From the NCBI GenBank assembly GCA_043811375.1, contig JBDRNJ010000022.1, positions 1 to 41,213 on the forward strand: 41,213 bases of DNA. The letters run 5' to 3'. The stretch comes from a bacterium. Lineage in GTDB: Bacteria; Zixibacteria; MSB-5A5; GN15; FEB-12. The notes under the pieces were generated by a model. The model was given only the letters and a program-made list of their open reading frames with translations. It had not been told where the DNA came from and did no database searches. Below, piece after piece: positions 1 through 8,546 of this stretch; position 1 is the stretch's first letter; each line of letters begins with the position of its first letter. The position numbers and the translations under genes are program-made.

Positions 1-138
1 ACGAATTACAAACTTCATCCGTTGATCCATTGTACAGGTCTCTTTCCACGGCACTGAACACCTCCTTGGGTCGTACCGTAAGTTAACCTGTTACCTATGT
101 TTACGGTCTAGTCTGTTACCTATGTTCACGGTTTATAC
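1..138 (+). mobile_element. Right end of a probable IS481-family insertion sequence (truncated by window edge)
   Basis: Two 20-bp direct repeats CTGTTACCTATGTT(T/C)ACGGT at 88-107 and 113-132 (25-bp period) ending in TTATAC, resembling the reiterated terminal motif of IS481-family elements; an open frame entering from the window edge ends at TGA 55-57. Confidence 0.55.
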
Positions 139-149
139 CGACTGGGTGG

Positions 150-166
150 CCCACCTTTTAGGTGGG
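150..166. repeat. Short palindrome CCCACCT-TTT-AGGTGGG (REP-like or terminator)
   Basis: Perfect 7-bp inverted repeat between the IS end and the stop of the lipoprotein gene. Confidence 0.4.
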
Positions 167-185
167 TTTCTCGGATAGTTGCCTC

Positions 186-1025
186 TTACCGCCTCAGCCT
201 CCGGAGCAGCTTATCCAATGTCAACTCCTTCAGCGGGTCATGACCGGCCAGCGATCCGCGGCTGGTGCCTCCGGTACCGACAGCGATGTAAAAACCCTCA
301 TGCACCGCCATGCTGTGAATCGAGCCGCCGACAATCTCGCACGAGACATTCCCGGTGGTGGCATCGAACATCGGTCCGGTCATGGCAATGACCTTAATAT
401 ACAGCAAACCGTTGTAGGCAATAGCGGAGCCGGGTCGAGTGATAGTTGTGTCGGTAGTGCCGACGAAGTAATCCGATTCGACATTGGTTATGCCCAGTGA
501 GTCGTACATATAGAGCGTATAGAATACATACCAGTCAGCGTTTCCCACGGTATGCCAATCAACCGTGATCTCGGTCGCGATATCAACAGTGTCGCAGTCG
601 GGATAGTTCATGCTCCAGTCGAGAACGAATGGAACGTCAGCCATCACGTTGAGCAGTACCGGCTCACAGGTGCAGACGTCATGGGGTGTATAAATCCTGA
701 TATCAGCAGTATCCCCCGATTGATAGCCGGTCAGTGCGGCCGAACGTAAGACCTCAAACCAATAGCCCATCATCCCATTGGCCAGGGGATAGATATCGGC
801 CTGATAACCGTCTAAGGTAACTGAATCGAGTTGCAGCATTTTGTTGTCAACACCGATCAACTGTCCGCCGAACTCGATAGTGTCACCAATAATCCCGGCT
901 CGCGCGAGCATGGTTCCGAGCTGCTCGAAAGTCGGGCAAGCAGGGCACTCATCATCGTCACCACAACCGGCGATTAGTAGAACAGCCAGGACGGCTGCCA
1001 AACCCATGAGAATCAGACGTTTCAT
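186..1025 (-). CDS. Hypothetical lipoprotein (279 aa)
   Basis: Signal peptide II with lipobox LIAG-C followed by GDDDECPACP; GGAGG RBS 5 nt upstream; beta-rich body; no family recognised. Confidence 0.8.
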   Translation of the reverse strand: MKRLILMGLAAVLAVLLIAGCGDDDECPACPTFEQLGTMLARAGIIGDTIEFGGQLIGVDNKMLQLDSVTLDGYQADIYPLANGMMGYWFEVLRSAALTGYQSGDTADIRIYTPHDVCTCEPVLLNVMADVPFVLDWSMNYPDCDTVDIATEITVDWHTVGNADWYVFYTLYMYDSLGITNVESDYFVGTTDTTITRPGSAIAYNGLLYIKVIAMTGPMFDATTGNVSCEIVGGSIHSMAVHEGFYIAVGTGGTSRGSLAGHDPLKELTLDKLLRRLRR

Positions 1026-1227
1026 TACAACCTCCCGTTAACGTTGGTTCACGTTAGTTCGTTATGGTTTTGCACTCAAAGTTAAACCAGCCCTGCGTTG
1101 ACAGTCAGTGTTGATTTTCAAACAAAGCGGACTGGTCTCCCCCAAATCTAAGGCCCAATTTGCCTGATAGCAATAGTCCTGTTTGTTTTTTTAGCGGTAC
1201 TCCGCCAGGCTCTGATGTCGTCCCCCC

Positions 1228-2541
1228 TCACTCCTCCCAGACGGGGTTGGCGATCTTGCCGATGAACAAGATCGCCCCGGAAACATCCTCGTGGATCACA
1301 AACAGGAAGGGGCGGTTGCAAAGAAGATGCGGTGGGAGACAAACGATGATGTTCACTTGGGTAACGGCAGCTGCCTCGGTGCCGAACTCGTCCACCTGGA
1401 TAAACGCTTTCTGCTTGACGTTGGAAATCCAGCCGTCGCCGTCGACAAACATATTGCTGAAATCGGCTCGGCCCGAATTAAATGCTATCTCCATCCCCAG
1501 TGTCTTGAGTACGTCCGTCAGACTTACCTCGTACTCGAATTTGAACCGGGGCAGGTTGATCTCGAACCAGACAGGATGAAATCCGCCAAGCCAACTGTCC
1601 CAGTTTTCAAGCGTGAACCGGTCAATAAGGCTGTCCACGGTGAGATTCGGGTTCTTCTGCAAATTGGGAGCCATGATGGTCATCCGGAAGTCACCCCGTC
1701 CATAGGGAAGGCTGACGGCCTTTAAGTACTCATTCTCGTAATAAGTAGCGTTGGTGTCGGGCTCTGTCACATCTTCATCGATCTGGATTGCATGCTCTTC
1801 CTTTTTCAAATGCATCATCCGGCACACAGTTTCGGCGCCATCAGCCAGGTAGAATGTCGCGGTGTCGGTGTTGGCGGTATCAAAGGAGAACATCCAGTTG
1901 CCCTTGAAGTAGATCGCATTCATCAGGATGGCGACCACGGAAGGGTTGATGGGAGAACGAACCATCTCGGTAATCTTCCCGTTGGTGGCTTGAGAAACCC
2001 AAGCGTTGATAGTGTCGGCCGCCCAGGGAGCCTGGAAGTCGATCTCTTCGACGCGGGCATCGAAATAGGTCCGAGCCAGGTCAATGAATGCAGGCTGGAT
2101 AGCTTTCCCCTGCCGTGACCAGAATGAGTTGGCCGAGCGGAAGTCGACCAGCGGATCAGTCTGAGTCAGGATGCTGGTCACCTCACGATAGGCGTGGTTC
2201 AATTCTTCCAGAGACAACCCGGACATCTGGAGTGTCGAACCGATAGAATCCCGCGTGTCTCCATCGGCGCCGTTGTAGCAGATTCCGAGAGCGTATGAAA
2301 CAGACAGCGGTGAGATGAAGATATTATCGGTAGCGGGAGTGTGCCGGGCTACCTCACGGAAAAGATTCAGCCCGAACTTGTTGGCTGATTCGAGCAGGCC
2401 GGTTTCCTGTTGTGTCAGTTGAGCCGGGGTTCGCAACAGCGCGGGCGCTTGTTCCGGCTCGTCCGGCAAGTTGGATTCGGAGCACTGAAGACCTGCCACA
2501 CATAGAAAACCAACAATAAACACTGACAGGTATTTACGCAT
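1228..2541 (-). CDS. Serpin family protease inhibitor, probable lipoprotein (437 aa)
   Basis: Motifs NIFISPLS, NAIYFKGNW, hinge DEFGTEAAAVT and NRPFLFVIHE..SGAILFIGKI; start reassigned to ATG 2541 (MRKYLSVF..GLQC) after a purine-rich RBS. Confidence 0.95.
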   Translation of the reverse strand: MRKYLSVFIVGFLCVAGLQCSESNLPDEPEQAPALLRTPAQLTQQETGLLESANKFGLNLFREVARHTPATDNIFISPLSVSYALGICYNGADGDTRDSIGSTLQMSGLSLEELNHAYREVTSILTQTDPLVDFRSANSFWSRQGKAIQPAFIDLARTYFDARVEEIDFQAPWAADTINAWVSQATNGKITEMVRSPINPSVVAILMNAIYFKGNWMFSFDTANTDTATFYLADGAETVCRMMHLKKEEHAIQIDEDVTEPDTNATYYENEYLKAVSLPYGRGDFRMTIMAPNLQKNPNLTVDSLIDRFTLENWDSWLGGFHPVWFEINLPRFKFEYEVSLTDVLKTLGMEIAFNSGRADFSNMFVDGDGWISNVKQKAFIQVDEFGTEAAAVTQVNIIVCLPPHLLCNRPFLFVIHEDVSGAILFIGKIANPVWEE

Positions 2542-2578
2542 GATTCCTCTCCTTCCCGATCGTAAGAACAGTATATTT

Positions 2579-2607
2579 AGTATAGCATCCGGGACCCTCG
2601 ATGTCAA
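2579..2607 (-). promoter_or_regulatory. Sigma70 promoter of serpin gene
   Basis: TTGACA-N17-TATACT on the minus strand, ~37 nt upstream of the ATG. Confidence 0.75.
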
Positions 2608-2703
2608 CAAAAACAAGCACCTTGCTGCTGGCACTAAAACCAACTATATGTTATCTTAAAATCAGGAGCAGACGTATCCACACTGATGGGAGAGTAGAAG
2701 AGT

Positions 2704-4182
2704 ATGAGCTGGCCCGGACCGATCAATAAAATCGATGACCACCGCTTTGAGATACCGCAGTCGTACCAGAGCGGTTTGATGAAACATCACGGACTGAGGA
2801 TGCGCGTCCCCGGTTTGATATACGCCGATGACGCTATGCTGGCTTCGATCACGCGCGACAATTCCCCCGAACAGGTGGCCAATGTTGCCACCCTGCCCGG
2901 CATTGTCGGCTACTCTTTTGCCATGCCGGATATCCACCACGGCTACGGGTTCGCAATAGGCGGCGTGGCTGCTTTTGAGGCCGGCGAGGGTATCATCTCC
3001 CCCGGCGGTGTCGGGTACGATATCAACTGCGGTGTCAGGATGCTTACCACCGGGCTGATGATCGACGACATCCGCCCCCACCTGCAGGCACTGGTCGACA
3101 CCATGTTTACCAATATCCCCTCCGGGGTCGGTTCCAAGGGCAGGCTGCGTCTGTCTCAGGATCAACTCGACGCTGTCCTGGTAAACGGCGCTCGCTGGGC
3201 GGTCGAGCAGGGCTACGGCTGGCCGGAGGATCTGGCCACCATGGAAGAGGGCGGTGCCATTGAAGGTGCCGACCCGTCAGTTGTGAGCCAGACAGCGAAA
3301 AAACGCGGCTCTCCGCAATTGGGTACACTCGGCGCCGGTAATCATTTTCTCGAGATTCAACGTGTCGAGGAAATCTACGACAGTGAAGCTGCCCGTCTAT
3401 TCGGTATTACCGAGGTCGATCAGGTGACGGTCATGATCCATACCGGTTCACGCGGTTGCGGCCACCAGATTTGCACCGACTATCTCGATGTCATGCGCCG
3501 CGCCAACAAGAAATACGGCATCCCGCTGGTGGATCGCGAACTTTCCTGTGCCCCGGCCGAATCCGATGAGGGTCGGCGCTATTTTGCCGCTATGAAATGC
3601 GGGGCCAACTATGCCTGGGCCAACCGGCAGTTGATCAACCACTGGGTGCGCGAGTCGTTTGAGTCGGTGCTGGGCAAGTCATCCCGCGAACTGGGGATGA
3701 ACCTGATCTACGACATCGCTCACAACATGGCCAAACTGGAGCAGCACGATGTCGGCGGCAGGAAGCTGCAACTCTATGTCCACCGCAAGGGTGCCACGCG
3801 GGCGTTTGGGCCGGGTCACCCCGACGTACCCCAAAAGTACCGCGCCGTCGGACAGCCGGTGCTCATCCCCGGCGACATGGGCACCGCCAGTTATCTGCTG
3901 GTCGGCACCGACAAAGCGATGAAGGAAACGTTCGGCTCATCCTGTCACGGGGCGGGGCGTATGATGTCGCGTACCGCCGCCAGGAAAAACCTGCCTACAG
4001 ACAAAGTGGTAGCCGGGCTGGAAAGCCAGGGCATTTATCTACGCGCCAAGAGTCACCGCCTGATCGCCGAGGAAGCCCCCGAGGCCTACAAAGATATCGA
4101 CAAGGTAGTGGAGATTTCGCATCAGTCCGGTATTGCCCGCAAAGTCGCCCGGATGCGCCCGATGGGCGTGATGAAGGGGTAG
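2704..4182 (+). CDS. rtcB: RtcB-family RNA ligase (long, archaeal/eukaryote-like type, 492 aa)
   Basis: MPDIHHGYGFAIGG, GVGYDINCG, GTLGAGNHFLE, HTGSRG, HRKGATRA, SSCHGAGR, EEAPEAYKD motifs. Confidence 0.97.
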   Translation: MSWPGPINKIDDHRFEIPQSYQSGLMKHHGLRMRVPGLIYADDAMLASITRDNSPEQVANVATLPGIVGYSFAMPDIHHGYGFAIGGVAAFEAGEGIISPGGVGYDINCGVRMLTTGLMIDDIRPHLQALVDTMFTNIPSGVGSKGRLRLSQDQLDAVLVNGARWAVEQGYGWPEDLATMEEGGAIEGADPSVVSQTAKKRGSPQLGTLGAGNHFLEIQRVEEIYDSEAARLFGITEVDQVTVMIHTGSRGCGHQICTDYLDVMRRANKKYGIPLVDRELSCAPAESDEGRRYFAAMKCGANYAWANRQLINHWVRESFESVLGKSSRELGMNLIYDIAHNMAKLEQHDVGGRKLQLYVHRKGATRAFGPGHPDVPQKYRAVGQPVLIPGDMGTASYLLVGTDKAMKETFGSSCHGAGRMMSRTAARKNLPTDKVVAGLESQGIYLRAKSHRLIAEEAPEAYKDIDKVVEISHQSGIARKVARMRPMGVMKG

Positions 4183-4208
4183 GGGGGATTCTAACTGTAG
4201 CCGAGCCA

Positions 4209-4234
4209 GTCGGAACCACAGGGTTCCGACCTAC
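4209..4234 (-). repeat. REP-like element (GTAG + 9-bp hairpin)
   Basis: Minus strand GTAG-GTCGGAACC-CTGT-GGTTCCGAC: GTAG tetranucleotide followed by a perfect palindrome, the layout of REPs associated with RAYT/TnpA(REP). Confidence 0.65.
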
Positions 4235-4270
4235 TAAATGTCGCCAAGTAGAAGATTGTACCCCACCCAA

Positions 4271-4403
4271 CGGGCCGGTTGAAAAAGTCCCATTCTCGTC
4301 ATTGCGAGCGACAGCGTGGCAATCTCGGATATTGAATGTCAACGAGATAGCCACGTCGCTTCGCTCCTCGCTATGACGTTTGTTAGGTTTATCAACAGGC
4401 CCG
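4271..4403. mobile_element. MITE-like element (133 bp) with terminal inverted repeats and nested palindrome
   Basis: TIRs CGGGCCGGTTGAAAAA (4271-4286) and TTTATCAACAGGCCCG (4388-4403), 14/16 match; internal arms CGTCATTGCGAG/CTCGCTATGACG and CGTGGCAATCTCG/CGAGATAGCCACG; no coding capacity. Confidence 0.65.
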
Positions 4404-4452
4404 ATATGTGGGGATATATGCTCTCAAAATATTCCTTGATAGAAGATGACTT

Positions 4453-6270
4453 TCACGCCAGCCGGTCCATCTCCTCTACCTGTTCGGCGAACAGCTTCAA
4501 TGTCGCTTCCACCGGGTCAGGGGTGGTCATGTCGACACCACATATCTTCAGCAGTTCGATGGGATGGTCGCTGCCGCCGGACGACAACATTTTCAGGTAA
4601 CGATCGATCAGATCCTCCTCGCCGGAGAGAATGCGATTCAGGATTACCTGTGAGGCAGCATACGAAGTGGCGTACTGATAGACGTAGTAGGTCATGTAGA
4701 AATGCGGTACGCGGCTCCACTTCAGCGGGATCAGGTCGTCGATTGTCAGTTCGGGTCCGAAGTACTGCGCCGTCAATTCACCCCATAGTTTGGACAGCAT
4801 CTCCGGTGACAACGCTCCCCCTTTCTCCACTTCCTCGTGAATGCGCAACTCGAAACGGGAGTACATCACCTGATTGAAAAAGGTGCCGACAGTATTGTCG
4901 ATCTGCCGGTTCAGCAGGTACAACTTCTCCTGTTTGTCGATTGCTTTCTTAAGCAGGTGGTCAAGCAACAGGCCTTCGTTGAGAGTGGAGGCTACTTCGG
5001 CAAGAAATATCGAATACTGTGCTTTGGGGTACGGTTGCGTGGAATTGGCCAGATAGCTGTGCAGGGCGTGGCCCATCTCATGCGCCAGGGTAAACATATT
5101 GTCGACGGTTTTATTGTAGTTCATCAGGACAAACGGATGCGCCTGGTAATTACCCCAGTTATAGGCGCCGCTGCCCTTGCCCTGCGTTTCGTAGACATCG
5201 ACCCAGCGGGAATCAAAAGCCTGTTTCAGTACCTGACAGTACTTGTCACCTAACGGTTTCATGGCGGTCAGGATGTTACGGATCGCCTCATCGTAGGTGA
5301 CTTCGTAATCCTTCTCCGGGAAGAGGGGGCAAACCATATCATATGGTTGTAATGTGTCCACCCCCAGCACGCGTCGACGCAAGGCCGTGTAGTGATGCAA
5401 TCCGGTCAGATTGGCCGCGGTGGCGTCCAGCAGGGCATGATAGACAGAGACCGGGATGTTGCCAGGGTACAGGGCGGAGTGCAGGCAACTATCAAACCGG
5501 CGGGCGCGTGATTGAAACAGATCGGCGTTGACGGCGGCCGACAGAGCTGCTCCCAGCGTATTGATGTGATCCTTGTAAACAGAATAGAATGCCTGATGGG
5601 CGTCGCTGCGGACACGGCGGTTCGATGACTCCAGGAATTTGGCATAGCGCTGCTTGGTGAGAGTGACTTCGACGCCTTTTTCGTCCCTGATGGAAGTGTA
5701 TTTCATGTCGGCATCGTCGAGCATAGTGAAAATCGAACTCGGACCACGGGTGACCATGGCCGACTGCGCCAGCAGTTCCTCCACTTCCTGAGAGCGGATG
5801 TGTGCCCGGGAACGGATGAATTCCCTGATATAGAAATCGTGCACGTCGGATTGGGGAAACTGTGCCGACATCTCAAGCAGTTTTTCATCCTCAACGGGAA
5901 GCAACTCCGGTTCCACAAAAGCAAAAGCCGCCGCCGCCAGAGATGACAGCATCGCTGCTCGCTCGGTCATCGCCTGGTATTTCGAGACACGGTTGTCCAA
6001 ATCCTGGTTGAGGTGTGCGTACTGATACAGGTTGGCTACGGTCAGCAGCATATCGCTGCGCATCTGCAGGCAGTCGTAAAGCACCTTGGCCGAGGCAACA
6101 AGTTGCCCCTTGAACTCTTTCACCTTTTCAATCCGGCTCCGGATCTTCTCGAAATCAGCTTCCCAATCAGCTTCGGATTTGTATATATCCTGAAGGTTCC
6201 ATCTGTGCCGTTCATCGATCTCGTCACGGGTGGGGATCGCCCTGGGCTTGGAGTCAGTAGCAGTTGTCAT
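4453..6270 (-). CDS. pepF: Oligoendopeptidase F (peptidase M3B, 605 aa)
   Basis: Zinc motif TLAHEMGHALH, downstream LAEVAST, GKGSGAY, W..VPHFY..YYVYQYATS. Confidence 0.96.
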   Translation of the reverse strand: MTTATDSKPRAIPTRDEIDERHRWNLQDIYKSEADWEADFEKIRSRIEKVKEFKGQLVASAKVLYDCLQMRSDMLLTVANLYQYAHLNQDLDNRVSKYQAMTERAAMLSSLAAAAFAFVEPELLPVEDEKLLEMSAQFPQSDVHDFYIREFIRSRAHIRSQEVEELLAQSAMVTRGPSSIFTMLDDADMKYTSIRDEKGVEVTLTKQRYAKFLESSNRRVRSDAHQAFYSVYKDHINTLGAALSAAVNADLFQSRARRFDSCLHSALYPGNIPVSVYHALLDATAANLTGLHHYTALRRRVLGVDTLQPYDMVCPLFPEKDYEVTYDEAIRNILTAMKPLGDKYCQVLKQAFDSRWVDVYETQGKGSGAYNWGNYQAHPFVLMNYNKTVDNMFTLAHEMGHALHSYLANSTQPYPKAQYSIFLAEVASTLNEGLLLDHLLKKAIDKQEKLYLLNRQIDNTVGTFFNQVMYSRFELRIHEEVEKGGALSPEMLSKLWGELTAQYFGPELTIDDLIPLKWSRVPHFYMTYYVYQYATSYAASQVILNRILSGEEDLIDRYLKMLSSGGSDHPIELLKICGVDMTTPDPVEATLKLFAEQVEEMDRLA

Positions 6271-6295
6271 TATGTTCCTTTCTGTAATTACCCAA

Positions 6296-7549
6296 TCAGA
6301 AATCGGTCATACAGACCGGTTTGTGGTCAACGGCAAAGATGCGGTCTACTATACCGGCAGCATCGATTGGAGTCACCTCGGCTCGAGAATATGTGTAGAG
6401 ACTTTTGAAATCCACCGAACCAATAATCAACGAAGAGAAATCGGCGATGTCCATACTTACAGCTATGTCAGCCTCTCCCTCGTTGAGCAACTGTGGACGG
6501 CCTTTGTCGAAACGAAGCCGATAGTTGCCACCGTTTTCGGGGAGAAAGGTATCGGTGATGTTTAACTTCATGGTGCCGGAGTATCCTCCGAAGTCGCATT
6601 TGCTCAGGGATTCAAACAGATGAGGGACACTCAGTGTCCGGTACATGATGCCGACCCCGGAAGTGTGACTCTCGTGGTAGACACCTGGGATCAAGTGCCG
6701 GGTATCGTTGCGCGGGTCAAACAACAAGTGGTGGAAATTGTCATCGGGCGTACTGATAACCACGTGGTTGATCTGATCGGCCTGGCTGTGCAGGAAAGAC
6801 ATCAACTCCAGCAGGGCCGCCGGATTTTCAAAGACCAGTTCCAGGACGCGCAAATCGTTATTGAGAGGGGTCGCCGGTTGAGCGGGGATAAAATCAAACA
6901 TGATGTAGCCCTCAATCCGCCCGTCACGTTCGCAGCCGACCCACTTGAAACGCGGGAAGTCATCGAACCTGATTTGGCGACCAATCAACGTGTCCTCAAC
7001 CATGCCGGTTGTCCTGTCGGCGTAACGATTGTAGCATTCCACCAGGGCGGGCAGATCATCGCGAGTGAGTGTGCGCACGTGCGTTTTGGAATCGCCTCTG
7101 GGCAGGTGCCCGGGTTTGACCCGGTACTGGTGCATCTTGCCACCGTAGCCGGCACCCATCTTTCTATAAAAATCGGGGCGGAAGGGCCACAGCAGGGCCA
7201 TCGGTGCGCCCTGTTCGCGAAAGTGCCGGAAAAAGAAAAGCATCAACTCCCTGGCCACTTGCTCTTTTTTGTGCGCCAGATCAACCGCCAGGTATCCCCC
7301 GCCCCCGGCCGGTATCTTGAACCCGTGCAGGGTCATGGTGTAATCGTGCAGTCGGAGACCACCCAGGAGAGTGTCGTCGCGGTAGCAGCCCCAGGTGGAG
7401 TTGCGCACGTCCTTGTTTTGGGCGATGAACTTGTCGAGCTGTTTCTTGCGATCCTCGGCAGTGACCAGTTTCAAGCCGGGGTAGGCATCGGCGACTATGC
7501 GGATAAACTCATCCAGCCTCTCATCGGGTATGGGGCGAATGTCGTACAT
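6296..7549 (-). CDS. Eis-like GNAT acetyltransferase with C-terminal SCP2-like domain (417 aa)
   Basis: LAVDLAHKKE, LLWPFRPDFYRKMG, TDTFLPENGG, C-terminal ..CMTDF typical of the Eis family; start at ATG 7549. Confidence 0.9.
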   Translation of the reverse strand: MYDIRPIPDERLDEFIRIVADAYPGLKLVTAEDRKKQLDKFIAQNKDVRNSTWGCYRDDTLLGGLRLHDYTMTLHGFKIPAGGGGYLAVDLAHKKEQVARELMLFFFRHFREQGAPMALLWPFRPDFYRKMGAGYGGKMHQYRVKPGHLPRGDSKTHVRTLTRDDLPALVECYNRYADRTTGMVEDTLIGRQIRFDDFPRFKWVGCERDGRIEGYIMFDFIPAQPATPLNNDLRVLELVFENPAALLELMSFLHSQADQINHVVISTPDDNFHHLLFDPRNDTRHLIPGVYHESHTSGVGIMYRTLSVPHLFESLSKCDFGGYSGTMKLNITDTFLPENGGNYRLRFDKGRPQLLNEGEADIAVSMDIADFSSLIIGSVDFKSLYTYSRAEVTPIDAAGIVDRIFAVDHKPVCMTDF

Positions 7550-7555
7550 GTGAGG

Positions 7556-7584
7556 AAGGTATGGGATTGGGTGCGGATTGGCAA
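7556..7584 (-). promoter_or_regulatory. Sigma70-type promoter giving a probably leaderless Eis mRNA
   Basis: TTGCCA-N17-TACCTT with the ATG 6 nt downstream of the -10 box and no RBS. Confidence 0.5.
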
Positions 7585-7605
7585 GTGGGCATGGCATAAG
7601 GGCTG

Positions 7606-8538
7606 TCAAGCAGAGTCGCCTGACGGCTCTTGGCCACTGGTGAGATTGGCTTCGTGAGTTTCCCATAGGAAAACAGCTAGCGCAGTTGCAGCACCAACGG
7701 CTAGCTTTGCATGGCGAGGCTGGAGACCTCTCGAAGTAGCAGTCCGGCCATGTCCAGTACCGTACTGGTTCCGAAGCTCTGCCATTCCCTGTGTGATTGT
7801 CGCGAGGCTATTCAATAGTCGCCTAATAGTCTCGACTGCCCTCGCTTCATCCGATATGTCTGCGGGAGTTAGCTTTAGTGTCTTACTGGCGAGTCTGACG
7901 AGCTTTGGCAGGTCTATTGACGATGGGACTTCTTCCCCACGCTTCTCCAGAATGCTTTTGCAGATAGTCTCAATAAGCTCCTTCGCTGTGCCAATCGCTA
8001 AATCCGGGTCATCTTCTATCGCTGCCTCAATCCTCGTCAGTTGCTGGGACAAATATGAACCACTGAGCTCTTTGAGTGAATCCCGTGCCGCTGTGGCCGC
8101 GTTAGGGCTACAGATTGCCGCCCGCTGTGCCGCGAAAACAGGTCGCCCCGAAATCTGCGTTTTCTCAACGATTCTGTAACCATCTTCCAGCAGGTGAGTA
8201 TTGAACATCTCCTGTAATCGTCTGGACTCCTCTACATCCGGCCGAACTACTGGATGGATCATCTCGCAAAGAAAGCGGAGGAACACTTCATCCTCTCCGT
8301 GGAGCAACTTGAATCGGTTATCAGTAAACACCCAGTCATCCTCCCAATCGACGTTACTGATCCGATGCTGCCAAATGTCGTCTGCCGCAGTCCTGAAACG
8401 ACCGTTTGTGTCAGGTAAGTCTTCCAACGGGTACAAACGAGCCAAGAACTCAGGCTCTTCGAACCGACCGCTCCAATCGACATTGTCCTCAATAAGAGTG
8501 TCGATGATAGCGCGCCGCGTGACTTCAGATATCCGCAT
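7606..8538 (-). CDS. Abortive infection protein, AbiJ-like (AbiJ_NTD3 + Abi_C/HEPN-like), 310 aa
   Basis: N-terminal ISEVTRR..WSGR.EEPEFLARLYPL..DIWQHR..DWEDDWVF..FLRFLCEMIHPVVRPD; C-terminal AIGTAKELIETICKSIL..LRNQYGTGHG (Rx6H). Confidence 0.85.
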   Translation of the reverse strand: MRISEVTRRAIIDTLIEDNVDWSGRFEEPEFLARLYPLEDLPDTNGRFRTAADDIWQHRISNVDWEDDWVFTDNRFKLLHGEDEVFLRFLCEMIHPVVRPDVEESRRLQEMFNTHLLEDGYRIVEKTQISGRPVFAAQRAAICSPNAATAARDSLKELSGSYLSQQLTRIEAAIEDDPDLAIGTAKELIETICKSILEKRGEEVPSSIDLPKLVRLASKTLKLTPADISDEARAVETIRRLLNSLATITQGMAELRNQYGTGHGRTATSRGLQPRHAKLAVGAATALAVFLWETHEANLTSGQEPSGDSA

Positions 8539-8546
8539 CTACCCCC

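Noticed and set aside
88..132. Direct repeat pair as a possible CRISPR array
   Set aside because: Only two 20-bp copies with a 5-bp gap and no cas genes; fits an IS end better.
1041..1070. Short tandem ACGTT(G/A)GTTC repeats upstream of the lipoprotein
   Set aside because: Only two and a half 10-bp units; cannot be distinguished from chance or a minor operator.
2629..2645. TGGCAC upstream of rtcB as a sigma54 promoter (as in E. coli rtcBA)
   Set aside because: No TTGC at the -12 position and no rtcR/rtcA nearby.
4178..4195. GGTAGGGGGGATTCTAAC resembling the tRNA-Tyr 3' end (possible att site)
   Set aside because: Low-complexity match needing gaps and mismatches, overlaps the rtcB stop, and the enclosed genes are mostly housekeeping with no integrase.
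6620..7657. 345-aa plus-strand ORF
   Set aside because: Antisense shadow of the Eis gene; no motifs or RBS.
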